DNA of 64,000 nt from a virus (Duplodnaviria; Caudoviricetes). The stretch is taken from the IMG/VR virus record IMGVR_UViG_3300031088_000782, positions 128,001 to 192,000 of that record; one strand, 5' to 3'. The stretch's first letter is position 1; each line of letters begins with the position of its first letter. The position numbers and the translations under genes are program-made. The notes under the pieces are model-generated. The model was given only the letters and a program-made list of their open reading frames with translations, did no database searches and was not told the origin of the DNA. Shown here piece after piece: positions 20,120 through 28,826 of this stretch.

Positions 20120-20239
20120 CTCACAGGCTGATTTTCCCAGCTTGTTAAAATAAATGGGATTAAGAAGGCGGGAACAAGATCTCCCGTTATGCTTATGATA
20201 AGGTCACTCGGACTTAATGCGCTGTTTGGCTTTATCTTT

Positions 20240-20313
20240 GGCTGTGTAGCTCAGTTGGTTAGAGCGTTGCCCTGTCACGGCAAAGGTCGCGGGTTCGAGT
20301 CCCGTCACGGTCG
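20240..20313 (+). tRNA. tRNA-Asp(GTC)
   Basis: Loop CTGTCAC. Confidence 0.92.
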
Positions 20314-20409
20314 CGTTTAAACAATATTTCCACAACATTGTTTAAATATTATTGAAATTTGACAAACATTTCATAAAATGCTATAATTTCAATATACAAC
20401 AAAATATAT

Positions 20410-20493
20410 GCATCAGTAAAGCGTAATTGGCAGCGCCGGTGACTGTAAATCATCTCTCTTCGGGGTCTGGGGGTTCAAGTCCCTCCTGATGCA
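20410..20493 (+). tRNA. tRNA-Tyr(GTA)
   Basis: Long variable arm; loop CTGTAAA. Confidence 0.88.
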
Positions 20494-20581
20494 CTTTGAT
20501 AAATGGTAAATAATATTTATCAAATCATTTGACAACATTAAACAAGTGTGATAGAATGAATAAAGAAAATTAAATAAATAT

Positions 20582-20656
20582 GGGGATGTAGTGTTTAACG
20601 GTTCAGCATATGAGTCTTCCAAACTTAGGGTGCGGGTTCGAATCCCGTCATCCCCT
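20582..20656 (+). tRNA. tRNA-Gly(TCC)
   Basis: Loop CTTCCAA; U73. Confidence 0.9.
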
Positions 20657-20739
20657 CGCTTAATTAAATTTGACAATTATTCTTCAATATGATAGAATAA
20701 TTATTGAAATTAGTTAGTTAAAGAAAAAATGAATAGTAT

Positions 20740-20812
20740 GCCCCATTGGAGTAGTGGTTATCTCACCTGACTTTCAATCAGGAGAAGGCCGGATCGTAAC
20801 CGGCATGGGGTA
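20740..20812 (+). tRNA. tRNA-Glu(TTC)
   Basis: Loop CTTTCAA; variant T loop ATCGTAA. Confidence 0.88.
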
Positions 20813-20949
20813 CTAAATCTTAGAGTAAAATCTAAGTATTGAATAAAATTATAGAATTTTATTCAATAGGCTTTAAATAGCCCAAGTTGATATAAGCAAA
20901 CTTGACTACCTCGGGTGTAACGACCTTGAAAAGAAACGGGCTTATAAAT

Positions 20950-21043
20950 GGAAGTGTGGCTGAGCTAGGTTTAAAGCATCTCACTGCTAATGAGACATAC
21001 CTCACAAAATGAGGTATCGCAGGTTCGAATCCTGTCACTTCCG
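20950..21043 (+). tRNA. tRNA-Ser(GCT)
   Basis: Long variable arm; loop CTGCTAA. Confidence 0.92.
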
Positions 21044-21209
21044 CTGAAATGTAGATTATTACTGAAATTAATTGAATAAGTCGACAATTCAATTAATAAA
21101 GGTTGATCACAATTTATTCATTTTGGTCGCTCCTTGATGAATTTGTGAAATAATAGATCGTCAGCTTAGGCGGCTGAAGGACTAGTGAGACCCTAGCATT
21201 TCAACATTT

Positions 21210-21282
21210 GCGAAAGTAACTCAATTGGTAGAGTTTCTGACTTCCAATCAGAATGTTGCGGGTTCAAGTCCCGTCTTTCGCT
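21210..21282 (+). tRNA. tRNA-Gly(TCC)
   Basis: Loop CTTCCAA; U73. Confidence 0.92.
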
Positions 21283-21373
21283 CAAAAATTTCATAATAAT
21301 TAAAATATTTTTATAAAACTTTAAAAATGAGTTGACAACGAAATTTAGTTGTGTTAGTATTATATATATAAGC

Positions 21374-21407
21374 AACACAGCGGATTGAAAAGTTAATAGT
21401 GGAAAAT
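21374..21407 (+). promoter_or_regulatory. Repeated leader motif, boxA-like (copies near 19617, 23906, 27489, 30766)
   Basis: AACACAGCGGATTGAAAAGTTAATAGTGGAA lies just downstream of a TTGACA promoter and upstream of tRNAs. Confidence 0.6.
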
Positions 21408-21410
21408 TTT

Positions 21411-21486
21411 AGGAATAATATGTTTTACTTTATATTTAAAAGTAAAGTATTAGGGTATATTTTAGGTTCGATTCCTATTATTCCTA
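21411..21486 (+). ncRNA. tRNA-like RNA with acceptor and T arm but an AT-rich hairpin replacing the D/anticodon arms
   Basis: AGGAATA/TATTCCT-A acceptor; TAGG-TTCGATT-CCTA; central TTTACTTT/AAAGTAAA hairpin. Confidence 0.6.
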
Positions 21487-21492
21487 CGAGGA

Positions 21493-21567
21493 TCGAAAAG
21501 TCATGGGTTCGATTCCCATATAGTCCACATATTCATGGGCTATTGATGAAATGGTATCATATTTTGA
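21493..21567 (+). ncRNA. Circularly permuted tRNA-like module A
   Basis: TCGAAA-AGTC-T arm ATGGG/CCCAT-ATAGTCC-[ACATATTCAT]-GGGCTAT-TG-D arm ATGA/TCAT-A-TTTTGA. Confidence 0.8.
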
Positions 21568-21628
21568 CAGGACCGTGAAACTCGGCAAACTTAGTGAGAG
21601 GCTAAGGAAATAGATGCAAATTCTTTAT

Positions 21629-21703
21629 GGGGGTATGGCGCAATCTGGTTAGCGCATTTCGCTGATAACGAAAAGGTTCCTGGTTCAAATCCAGGTGCCC
21701 CTA
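21629..21703 (+). tRNA. tRNA-Ile(GAT)
   Basis: Loop CTGATAA. Confidence 0.9.
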
Positions 21704-21823
21704 CGAAACAAAGCTTCGCAACTTTGTTTAAATATTGGCTAAATGGTGTACAACATTTAGTTCAAACTATCAAAATAGACAGATCATCTATAAATGGTAG
21801 AATAAGTTTTGACATTCCAGGAG

Positions 21824-21897
21824 TCAGGCGGTTGCAGGTTCGAGTCCTGTCAGTTAGCACACAAGTTAATTGTAACTCAATAGGTTAGAGTTCCTGA
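21824..21897 (+). ncRNA. Circularly permuted tRNA-like module B
   Basis: TCAGG-CGGTT-T arm GCAGG/CCTGT-CAGTTAG-[CACACAAG]-TTAATTG-TA-D arm ACTC/GAGT-T-CCTGA; the stem extends with CATTC/GAATG. Confidence 0.82.
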
Positions 21898-21920
21898 TGA
21901 ATGGTTTGTTTAGAACTTTT

Positions 21921-21994
21921 GGCTTGCTATCCCAATTGGTAGAGGAAACGGATTCAAAACCCGTTCAGTCTGAGTTCGAGTCTCAGGTAAGCTA
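21921..21994 (+). tRNA. tRNA-Leu(CAA), short variable arm type
   Basis: Loop TTCAAAA; A73; no long variable arm. Confidence 0.8.
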
Positions 21995-22072
21995 CTTTGG
22001 CTAAACACGGTACCATGTTTAGTTCAACCCATTGGTCTAGAACAATGGAAGATAGTTATTATTAGATAATTG

Positions 22073-22151
22073 ATTTTAGAGATCTGGGTTCAAGTCCCGG
22101 TGGCTCCCGCATGGGGGTTATGGAATAATTGGGAAATTCGCTTCATGAAAT
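22073..22151 (+). ncRNA. Circularly permuted tRNA-like module C (Pro-like arms)
   Basis: T arm CTGGG/CCCGG-TGGCTCC-[CGCATG]-GGGGTTA-TG-D arm GAAT/ATTC; irregular closing stem. Confidence 0.72.
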
Positions 22152-22169
22152 ATTTGATAATAATTATTA

Positions 22170-22243
22170 CAGGGCATAGGATAACTTGGCATTCCGTCTG
22201 GTTTGGGTCCAGAAGATTAGGGGTTCAAATCCCCTTGCCCTGA
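22170..22243 (+). tRNA. tRNA-Pro(TGG)
   Basis: C1-G72; loop TTTGGGT. Confidence 0.9.
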
Positions 22244-22347
22244 CGAAATTTTTTTGGAATTTTTTTAAAATCCTTGTATTTTAGGGATTTTTGAACGATC
22301 TTTTTGATAAAACAATTGTAAGAAGATTTATCGAAAAGGATTAAAAA

Positions 22348-23421
22348 ATGAAAAGTGAAATTGATTTTTCTTGGCAAGATTTAAGTGATGAAGAATTTAT
22401 AAATCATTCTAAAAATTTTACTTCTAAAGAAAAATTTGCTCAATCCTATGGTTACAAGAAATTGAGCAAAAAACTCAATAAAAGATTTAAAAAACTTGGA
22501 ATTGATTATAAAAAGATTATTGAACCTATCTCAAAAGAAGAGTTTAAAAAGATTACTGAAGAATCGAAGTCTATTACAGAAGTGATAGATAAAATGATAG
22601 ATAATACTTCAAGCCGTAGAGCATACTATAATTTTGTTAAAAAATTGTCGAGAGATTATAATATTCCTTTGCCAAAATTTAATTACACTGAATCTGCGCG
22701 TAGGGCGTTTAAAACAGTAACGATTCCCGATGAAGAATATTTTGCTAAAAACACTCTTCGACAAGGACCAGCGACACGAAGACGTCTTATTAGAATGGGC
22801 TGGGAATATAAATGCTCTATCCCCGAATGTTTTCTTTCGCAAGATGTAGAAATTGTTGGAGAACAAGTTTTTTGGGTTGGACAATTATTAACCTTACAGG
22901 TAGATCATATTGATGGTGATCATTTAAATAATGAGTTGTCTAATTTGAGATTTCTTTGTCCAAATTGTCATTCAGCTTCTTCTACTTATGCCGGAAGAAA
23001 TAAAGTTTTCAACAATTCTTCTAAAAAGACAGAGAAAACTAATTCGTTAAATGGAAAGATAAAGTATAAGAAGAAGCCTGACAATCTTTGCGAATGTGGA
23101 ACAAAAATTTCAAGAAAAAGTAATTCTTGTATAAAATGCGAAGCTTCTAATAGAACAGGTGTATATAAGACAGATTATCCTCCACTTTCTGAAATGATTG
23201 CTAAAATTAAAGAATTAGGATATAGTGCTTATGCTAAGGAATTGGGTGTTTCTGATAATGGTATTCGGAAACATTTAAGAAGAAATAATATAAATCCTTT
23301 GCCTAAGAAAATTCATGTTTTTATTGTTAAAACTTGTATTGATTGTAATAATGAGATAAGTAACAAAACTGCTGTTCGTTGTCCTAAATGTGCTGTTGAT
23401 TTCAGGTATTATAGACAATGA
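22348..23421 (+). CDS. HNH homing endonuclease within the tRNA array
   Basis: LTLQVDHIDGDHLNNELSNLRFLCPNCHS; extra Cys-rich C-terminal motifs. Confidence 0.9.
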   Translation: MKSEIDFSWQDLSDEEFINHSKNFTSKEKFAQSYGYKKLSKKLNKRFKKLGIDYKKIIEPISKEEFKKITEESKSITEVIDKMIDNTSSRRAYYNFVKKLSRDYNIPLPKFNYTESARRAFKTVTIPDEEYFAKNTLRQGPATRRRLIRMGWEYKCSIPECFLSQDVEIVGEQVFWVGQLLTLQVDHIDGDHLNNELSNLRFLCPNCHSASSTYAGRNKVFNNSSKKTEKTNSLNGKIKYKKKPDNLCECGTKISRKSNSCIKCEASNRTGVYKTDYPPLSEMIAKIKELGYSAYAKELGVSDNGIRKHLRRNNINPLPKKIHVFIVKTCIDCNNEISNKTAVRCPKCAVDFRYYRQ

Positions 23422-23425
23422 TTAT

Positions 23426-23499
23426 TCCCCGGTGCTATGCTGGCATTGGCGACTGAGCTTTGGACTCAGGAGGCGTAGGTTCGATTCCTACTCGGGGAG
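23426..23499 (+). tRNA. tRNA-Gln(TTG)
   Basis: CTGAG-CTTTGGA-CTCAG; G73. Confidence 0.82.
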
Positions 23500-23553
23500 C
23501 GTTATAAAAATGATCAACAAGTTTTAAAAAATTTTTATAATAAATAATTTTAC

Positions 23554-23638
23554 GCGCATGTGATGAAATTGGTAAACATGACGGTCTAAGAAGCCGTTGC
23601 TCGTAAAGAGTTTGGAGGTTCAAGTCCTCTCATGCGCA
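23554..23638 (+). tRNA. tRNA-Leu(AAG)
   Basis: ACGGT-CTAAGAA-GCCGT; long variable arm; A73. Confidence 0.9.
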
Positions 23639-23682
23639 CAAAATATTCTTGAAATATTTCATTAATATTTTTAAAATTTTTA

Positions 23683-23832
23683 AACAATCAGTGGCGAAAT
23701 ATATTGGGATACGCGGCTGTTTAGTAGCCTAAGTTTTTATAAATATGGCGAAACACGGCTATACGGTGAAACTTGCTGGGAAACTTTCAAGTGGCACTTA
23801 TGTGTGTAGGTTCGAGTCCTACCTGATTGTTT
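23683..23832 (+). ncRNA. About 150-nt Leu-like composite tRNA with two D-arm-like segments
   Basis: AACAATCAG/CTGATTGTT acceptor; TGGCGAAA..TACG occurs twice; variable arm and T arm GTAGG/CCTAC intact. Confidence 0.55.
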
Positions 23833-24059
23833 AATTGTTCCACAATGAACTTGACAAATAGTTGAATATGTTATATAATTATTTGTATAAGTTTGAATAA
23901 AACTTTTGTTGTTTGAAATTTGAATAGTGAAAAGTTTAGCATACCGGAATGATTGGTCCTGATAAATATTGTTACATGTAGTTAGTTTGTATAATATTTA
24001 TGGAAAGTGTAACAAATCCGAAGGGTAGGTTGGGAAACCTTTATGCGCACATCCCATTA

Positions 24060-24132
24060 GGCTCTGTAGCTCAGTTGGGAGAGCATTCGATTGAAGATCG
24101 AAGGGTCAGCGGTTCAATCCCGCTCGGAGCCA
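24060..24132 (+). tRNA. tRNA-Phe(GAA)
   Basis: Loop TTGAAGA. Confidence 0.92.
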
Positions 24133-24168
24133 CTTATACGCCTTTATAAGCGTATAAACATAAGATAT

Positions 24169-24243
24169 GGACCTATGGAGCAGTCTGGAGTGCTCGTTGC
24201 CCTGTCACGGCAAAGGTCGCGGGTTCAAGTCCCGTTAGGTCCG
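24169..24243 (+). tRNA. tRNA-Asp(GTC)
   Basis: Loop CTGTCAC. Confidence 0.92.
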
Positions 24244-24298
24244 CTGTGTTTAGTAGTTCGAAACGCTGAATACAAATGTTGATATATCACATTTATGC

Positions 24299-24374
24299 GG
24301 CTGTATAGCATAGCCTGGTCTAATGCGCCTTGCTCATAACGAGGAGATCGTTGGTTCGAATCCAACTACAGCTA
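24299..24374 (+). tRNA. tRNA-Met(CAT)
   Basis: CCTTG-CTCATAA-CGAGG; elongator-like. Confidence 0.85.
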
Positions 24375-24432
24375 CAAAAAATATTTAAAAGTTTTGAATA
24401 TTTTTGATACAATAATTTTATTAATAAATTAT

Positions 24433-24503
24433 TGCCCCATAGTGTAATGGCAACACCACGGTTTTTGGTACCGTTATTCTAGGTTCGAGTCCTAGTGGGG
24501 CAG
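24433..24503 (+). tRNA. tRNA-Gln(TTG)
   Basis: Loop TTTTGGT. Confidence 0.9.
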
Positions 24504-24672
24504 CTTGTTGAAAACAAACATACTTGTCAGTTGAAACACTAACTACAGACTGACAACTTACACTGTGTGGTGACAGTTGGTAAGTTAATTCTATTTAATC
24601 GTAAATCGAAAATAGACGTTAATAGGAATGGGATGTTTCTATGCGATTGAGTGCGTTAAACTTAATCACATT

Positions 24673-24745
24673 GCCACCTTAGCTCATCTGGTAGAGCAGC
24701 TGTCTTGTAAACAGCAGGTGATCGGTTCGAGTCCGATAGGTGGCT
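24673..24745 (+). tRNA. tRNA-Thr(TGT)
   Basis: Loop CTTGTAA. Confidence 0.92.
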
Positions 24746-24871
24746 CTTAAATAGGTCAAATTGCCTTTTGGTAATGAGATTTTTTAAAATATTCTAAGTA
24801 AAGAAAATATTGATGAACTATTCTGAATTACGTAATAAGTTTAGTTCTGATATATGAGTATTTATATGAAT

Positions 24872-24937
24872 TCTGTTGTAGCATAAATACTAATGCGCTG
24901 TTGAAAGGGTATTCAAGTGAAAATCTTGACAACAGAT
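24872..24937 (+). pseudogene. 66-nt tRNA-like element with a collapsed anticodon arm
   Basis: TCTGTTG/CAACAGA acceptor, D arm GCAT/ATGC, T-like TCAAG/CTTGA. Confidence 0.5.
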
Positions 24938-24964
24938 GAAAAAAGGGTTTGCGAAAGCTTCTCC

Positions 24965-25038
24965 TACTGTGTAGTTTAATGGCAAAACACTAGGCTCTTA
25001 AAGCTTAGCATATAAGGTTCGAATCCTAATCACAGTTG
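24965..25038 (+). pseudogene. Degenerate tRNA-Lys(CTT)-like gene with a 9-nt anticodon loop
   Basis: CTAGG-CTCTTAAAG-CTTAG; mismatched T stem. Confidence 0.55.
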
Positions 25039-25045
25039 AAAATAT

Positions 25046-25117
25046 GCCTCTCTAGCTCAGAGGAAGAGCAACGGTCTTTTAAACCGTGGGTCGAGATTTC
25101 GAAATTCTCGGGAGGCA
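25046..25117 (+). tRNA. tRNA-Lys(TTT), copy 2
   Basis: Near-identical to 17404 with compensatory acceptor changes. Confidence 0.9.
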
Positions 25118-25287
25118 CTTTAATTCATAAATTTTTAGCTAATATTTGTGAATTTTGATGTAGATAGTTGATGACTATTGGCATGAGTGAAAAGGTTGTT
25201 CATTATGGAACATTTTGAACGCGGTTCGAGTCCGATTAAGCTCAACACCTAATAACTGGTCTGATTTAATCACGGATAATCTTGGAT

Positions 25288-25356
25288 TAAGCTAACTACA
25301 ATGGAAACATGAGAATGGTAGGATAGCGATGGTAGGTTCAATTCCTACTGGCTTAA
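25288..25356 (+). pseudogene. tRNA-like element with scrambled central arms
   Basis: TAAGCTA/TGGCTTA-A acceptor; GTAGG-TTCAATT-CCTAC. Confidence 0.45.
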
Positions 25357-25388
25357 TGATTAGATGAAAAACTATTTTCGCTTTTAAT

Positions 25389-25461
25389 GCCACCTTAGCT
25401 CAGTCGGCAGAGCAGCTGTTTAGTAATCAGCAGGTCATCAGTTCAATTCTGATAGGTGGCT
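25389..25461 (+). tRNA. tRNA-Thr(AGT)
   Basis: Thr body as at 24673; loop TTAGTAA. Confidence 0.88.
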
Positions 25462-25542
25462 CTTGTGGATAAATTCATCAACTATTTTTTTGATAATCTA
25501 TTCATAAATTGTAAAACATTATGGATAAAGGAGGATAGAAAT

Positions 25543-26094
25543 ATGAGTATTGATTTTATAAGTGGAAATGTGAATTTAGAAGAAAAATATTTTAAAAATT
25601 ATTCTACAAGCGAAGATACTTATTATGTAATTACAAAAATCCTTTCTTTGAATAATGATGTTAAACTACCTCATCCTGTTAGCAAAAATGAAGATAACTA
25701 TGCTTATACTTTGTCATATCATTACAATGACAAAAAATCTATTCAAGGATTAGTTCGACATGACCCTGATTTAGTTGTATTTGAGTATACCTCTTATGTA
25801 TCTGTAACAGATCCTAAACTATGGACTGATTTCACAGTAACAGGACATGATGTTCTTGTTTCTTTACCTTTCAGAAGTTTGGACGATATTTCACAATTTA
25901 TTATCCAAAATGTTCAACAAGAAAAAACTTTGGATAATCTTATTGGAAATTTTTATGATCATATCAATTCAGTAGAAGTTTTTGATGGATTGTATTCACG
26001 AACATTTTTACCTACTGATAATACACGTCAACTACTTAGAGAAAATGGAACAGTTAGTGAAGTTTCTCATTCTTTTGCTGAAAAAATAAAGTAA
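25543..26094 (+). CDS. Hypothetical protein within the tRNA array
   Basis: AAGGAGG RBS before ATG 25543. Confidence 0.7.
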   Translation: MSIDFISGNVNLEEKYFKNYSTSEDTYYVITKILSLNNDVKLPHPVSKNEDNYAYTLSYHYNDKKSIQGLVRHDPDLVVFEYTSYVSVTDPKLWTDFTVTGHDVLVSLPFRSLDDISQFIIQNVQQEKTLDNLIGNFYDHINSVEVFDGLYSRTFLPTDNTRQLLRENGTVSEVSHSFAEKIK

Positions 26095-26347
26095 TTTTGT
26101 TGAAAGATTGGATAAAAATTATGAAAAAAATATTTGTCTTTATCAATGGATGAAATTGTATCATATGATGATGTTATTGAAGATTATAATTTTTCAAAAG
26201 AAAATGATTATATTGGCTCTTTAGAAGATTTTATTAATGATGAATATGAAGAAGTAGGGGATTAAATTTACCTATATTTAGTAATCTTTCATTCTAAATT
26301 TGATAAAATAACAAAAGGGTATTTTATTATTTGAAAGAATTATTGAT

Positions 26348-27187
26348 ATGAAAATTGACACAACTAGATATGGTTATATTTATCGCATAACAAACTTATT
26401 AGACGGAAAGACCTATATTGGAAAACATAAGATTAAGAAAAATGAAGAGTTTTTTGACTATATGGGATCAGGAAGATTAATTTGTTATGCGATAAATAAA
26501 TATGGAATAGAAAATTTTAAGAAAGAAATTATTTGCTATACAGATTTAGATGATTCTTTATCTATTTTAGAGTATAAATATATTGATATTGAACTTTCAA
26601 ATAATAAGTCAGAATATAATATACAAAGAAGCGAAAGTTCTTTAAAAACTGTTCTTGAAAACCTTGATTTTTCTGATGAAGATTTATTAAAATGGTACTT
26701 TGAAGATGAAATGTCATACAATGATATAGCAATAAAACTTAATTGTTCTATTCCTACTATATATAATTATATGGAAAAGTTTAGACAAATTGATGAAAGA
26801 TTTAAGAATATTAAACATGGTGATAATAGGGGAAAATCTACTTGGTCTCCAGAAGCAGCTCAAAAAGGACTTAGTATTTCTAATAGAAAAATTAAATGTG
26901 AAAATTGTTCTAGACAAATAAGTTTTGCAAATTATTCTAGACATTTAAAAGCATGTTTGAATGGAACGAGCCAACATGAATGTTATTATAATAATTGCGA
27001 ACAATTAATAGGATCAAAAAGCAAATTATGTAAAAAACATTTTTTAGAATCATTAAAAAATAATGATATTAACAATTCTAAAAATTTTGGCGACAGTGTT
27101 AAACAAGGTGGAATTACAGCATCTCATAATAGATGGCATGTTAAAAGAAATATAGTTAGTGATAAATGTTCTTTATGTAAAAGTTGA
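26348..27187 (+). CDS. GIY-YIG (Seg-like) homing endonuclease
   Basis: GYIYRITNLLDGKTYIGKH...YMGSG; HTH and Cys-rich tail. Confidence 0.9.
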   Translation: MKIDTTRYGYIYRITNLLDGKTYIGKHKIKKNEEFFDYMGSGRLICYAINKYGIENFKKEIICYTDLDDSLSILEYKYIDIELSNNKSEYNIQRSESSLKTVLENLDFSDEDLLKWYFEDEMSYNDIAIKLNCSIPTIYNYMEKFRQIDERFKNIKHGDNRGKSTWSPEAAQKGLSISNRKIKCENCSRQISFANYSRHLKACLNGTSQHECYYNNCEQLIGSKSKLCKKHFLESLKNNDINNSKNFGDSVKQGGITASHNRWHVKRNIVSDKCSLCKS

Positions 27188-27332
27188 CAACTGAATATTG
27201 ATTATGATATAATTAATTTGTTGTTAAAAAATGAATAAAATAAAATTTTGTTAAAGATTTTAATTATTGTCATAAATAAAGTTGCATAAGCGATTTAAGT
27301 GTGATATAGTTTAAATTGTAAAACAAAAGCAA

Positions 27333-27409
27333 GCCTCTGTAGCTCAGTTTGGTTTCAGAGCATCCGGCTCTTAACCGGAGGGTCGTGGGTTCGAATCCCA
27401 CCGGGGGCA
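27333..27409 (+). tRNA. tRNA-Lys(CTT)
   Basis: TCCGG-CTCTTAA-CCGGA. Confidence 0.92.
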
Positions 27410-27526
27410 CTTTATTAAATTAAGAAATTTAATAAAAGTTACGAAATGATTTGACAAGTTTGAAAAAATTTGTTAAGATTGTCAAAGTAACACAGCGGAT
27501 TGAAAAATTAATAGTGGAACATATAT

Positions 27527-27606
27527 GGCGGGTTCGCATAGCGGCAATTGCGGCTGACTGTAAATCAGCTCCTTCGGGTTCGTGGGTTCGAGTCCCTCAC
27601 TCGCCA
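27527..27606 (+). tRNA. tRNA-Tyr(GTA)
   Basis: Loop CTGTAAA. Confidence 0.9.
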
Positions 27607-27654
27607 CAAGGTTCGTTAGATGAAAAACACCAGCATTGTCAAAATCTAACATTT

Positions 27655-27727
27655 TCTCTTATAGCTCAATTGGCAGAGCATTCGACTGTTAATCGAATGG
27701 TTCCTGGTTCGAGTCCAGGTGGGAGAG
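27655..27727 (+). tRNA. tRNA-Asn(GTT)
   Basis: Loop CTGTTAA. Confidence 0.92.
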
Positions 27728-27936
27728 CTTGAATATTTGTTTGACTGGAGTGATAAAACCAAAAGGTTAAGGCAGATAAAATATTCAAAGGTTAATGAAA
27801 TATTTGAAACTTTTATGAAATGGTTATTCAATAAAGTTCCTAAAATGGATAAAACTATTAGGGTTCGATTCCCTTTCTCAACGTTTAACCAACAACGAGG
27901 CTGGTGCTAGTTTGAAGAAAATATTTTATTAATTTT

Positions 27937-28010
27937 TTCCTGAGACAGCATTGGAAACCAAAAGGCTTTGCGCAAGTCTGGCGGATTGGGTTCGAAACCC
28001 AACTAGGAAG
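27937..28010 (+). tRNA. Atypical tRNA with GCG (Arg) anticodon
   Basis: AGGCT-TTGCGCA-AGTCT; T arm TTGGG/CCCAA; aberrant D arm. Confidence 0.55.
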
Positions 28011-28011
28011 C

Positions 28012-28098
28012 TGGAGTAAGTCACACGGCTAGTGACAGCTATAGACCGTATGGATATAGTCAAGATCGCAACTTGAGAGGTTCGACTCCTCGCTCCTT
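28012..28098 (+). ncRNA. tRNA-like RNA with long D stem, long variable arm and 11-nt central loop
   Basis: GTCAC/GTGAC; CTATA-GACCGTATGGA-TATAG; CAAG/CTTG; GAGG-TTCGACT-CCTC. Confidence 0.45.
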
Positions 28099-28410
28099 AT
28101 TTTTAAAAACATTTTCGCAAGATAGATAAATTTCTCGTATCGGCAAAATATGTAAGTAATCAACATTGAGTCTCGAATGAAAATGAGCGGAAACTTTTCA
28201 ACCTACAATCGAACAAAAGGTTGATGGAGATTGTTAGTTTAATTGAAAAACAGTTCTTTAATGATTTGGCAAAAGTCACTTTATTAAAGAAAAGACGAGA
28301 ATATCATAATTTCTCACAATTACGGTTCTTGAAAAAGAATTAAAAATATTTGCGAAACAATTTGACATTGAGAAAATTTTTTGGTAAGATTATTGTTGTA
28401 ACAAGGAAAT

Positions 28411-28482
28411 GCCCCTCTAGCTCAGAGGCAGAGCAACGGTCTTTTAAACCGTGGGTCGAGATTTCGAAATTCTCGGGGGGCA
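28411..28482 (+). tRNA. tRNA-Lys(TTT), copy 3
   Basis: Identical by eye to 17404. Confidence 0.9.
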
Positions 28483-28551
28483 CAAGTATTCTACAATTTG
28501 ACAAACAATTGTGAAATATGGTAGAATATGATTAAAGAAAAGTTAATATAT

Positions 28552-28633
28552 GCCCTTGTGGTGGAATTGGTAGACACGCTTGACTCAAAATCAAGTTTCG
28601 CAAGAAGTGTGGGTTCAAGTCCCACCGGGGGCA
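28552..28633 (+). tRNA. tRNA-Leu(CAA)
   Basis: Loop CTCAAAA; long variable arm. Confidence 0.92.
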
Positions 28634-28753
28634 CCGTTCTTTTGTGGTGACGAATGGAAGTTTTAAGAAAGTGCAAAATTTTTAAAACACACTACACGAA
28701 CCAAAATTCTTTTCAAAGGAATTGCACTCTTGCGATTATGAATGTTTGGATAT

Positions 28754-28826
28754 TCCTCCGTAGCTCAGTTGGCAGAGCATTCGACTGTTAATCGAAGGGT
28801 CGCTGGTTCAAGCCCAGCCGGGGGAG
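28754..28826 (+). tRNA. tRNA-Asn(GTT)
   Basis: Loop CTGTTAA. Confidence 0.92.

Noticed and set aside
21573-21625. c-di-GMP-I (GEMM)-like GGCAAAC..GAGA..GATGCAAA
   Set aside because: Only the first hairpin resembles it, there is an extra GAAATA, and tRNA-Ile occupies the place of the second domain
28012-28098. tRNA-Sec
   Set aside because: No TCA anticodon in a 7-nt loop, and the acceptor is too short
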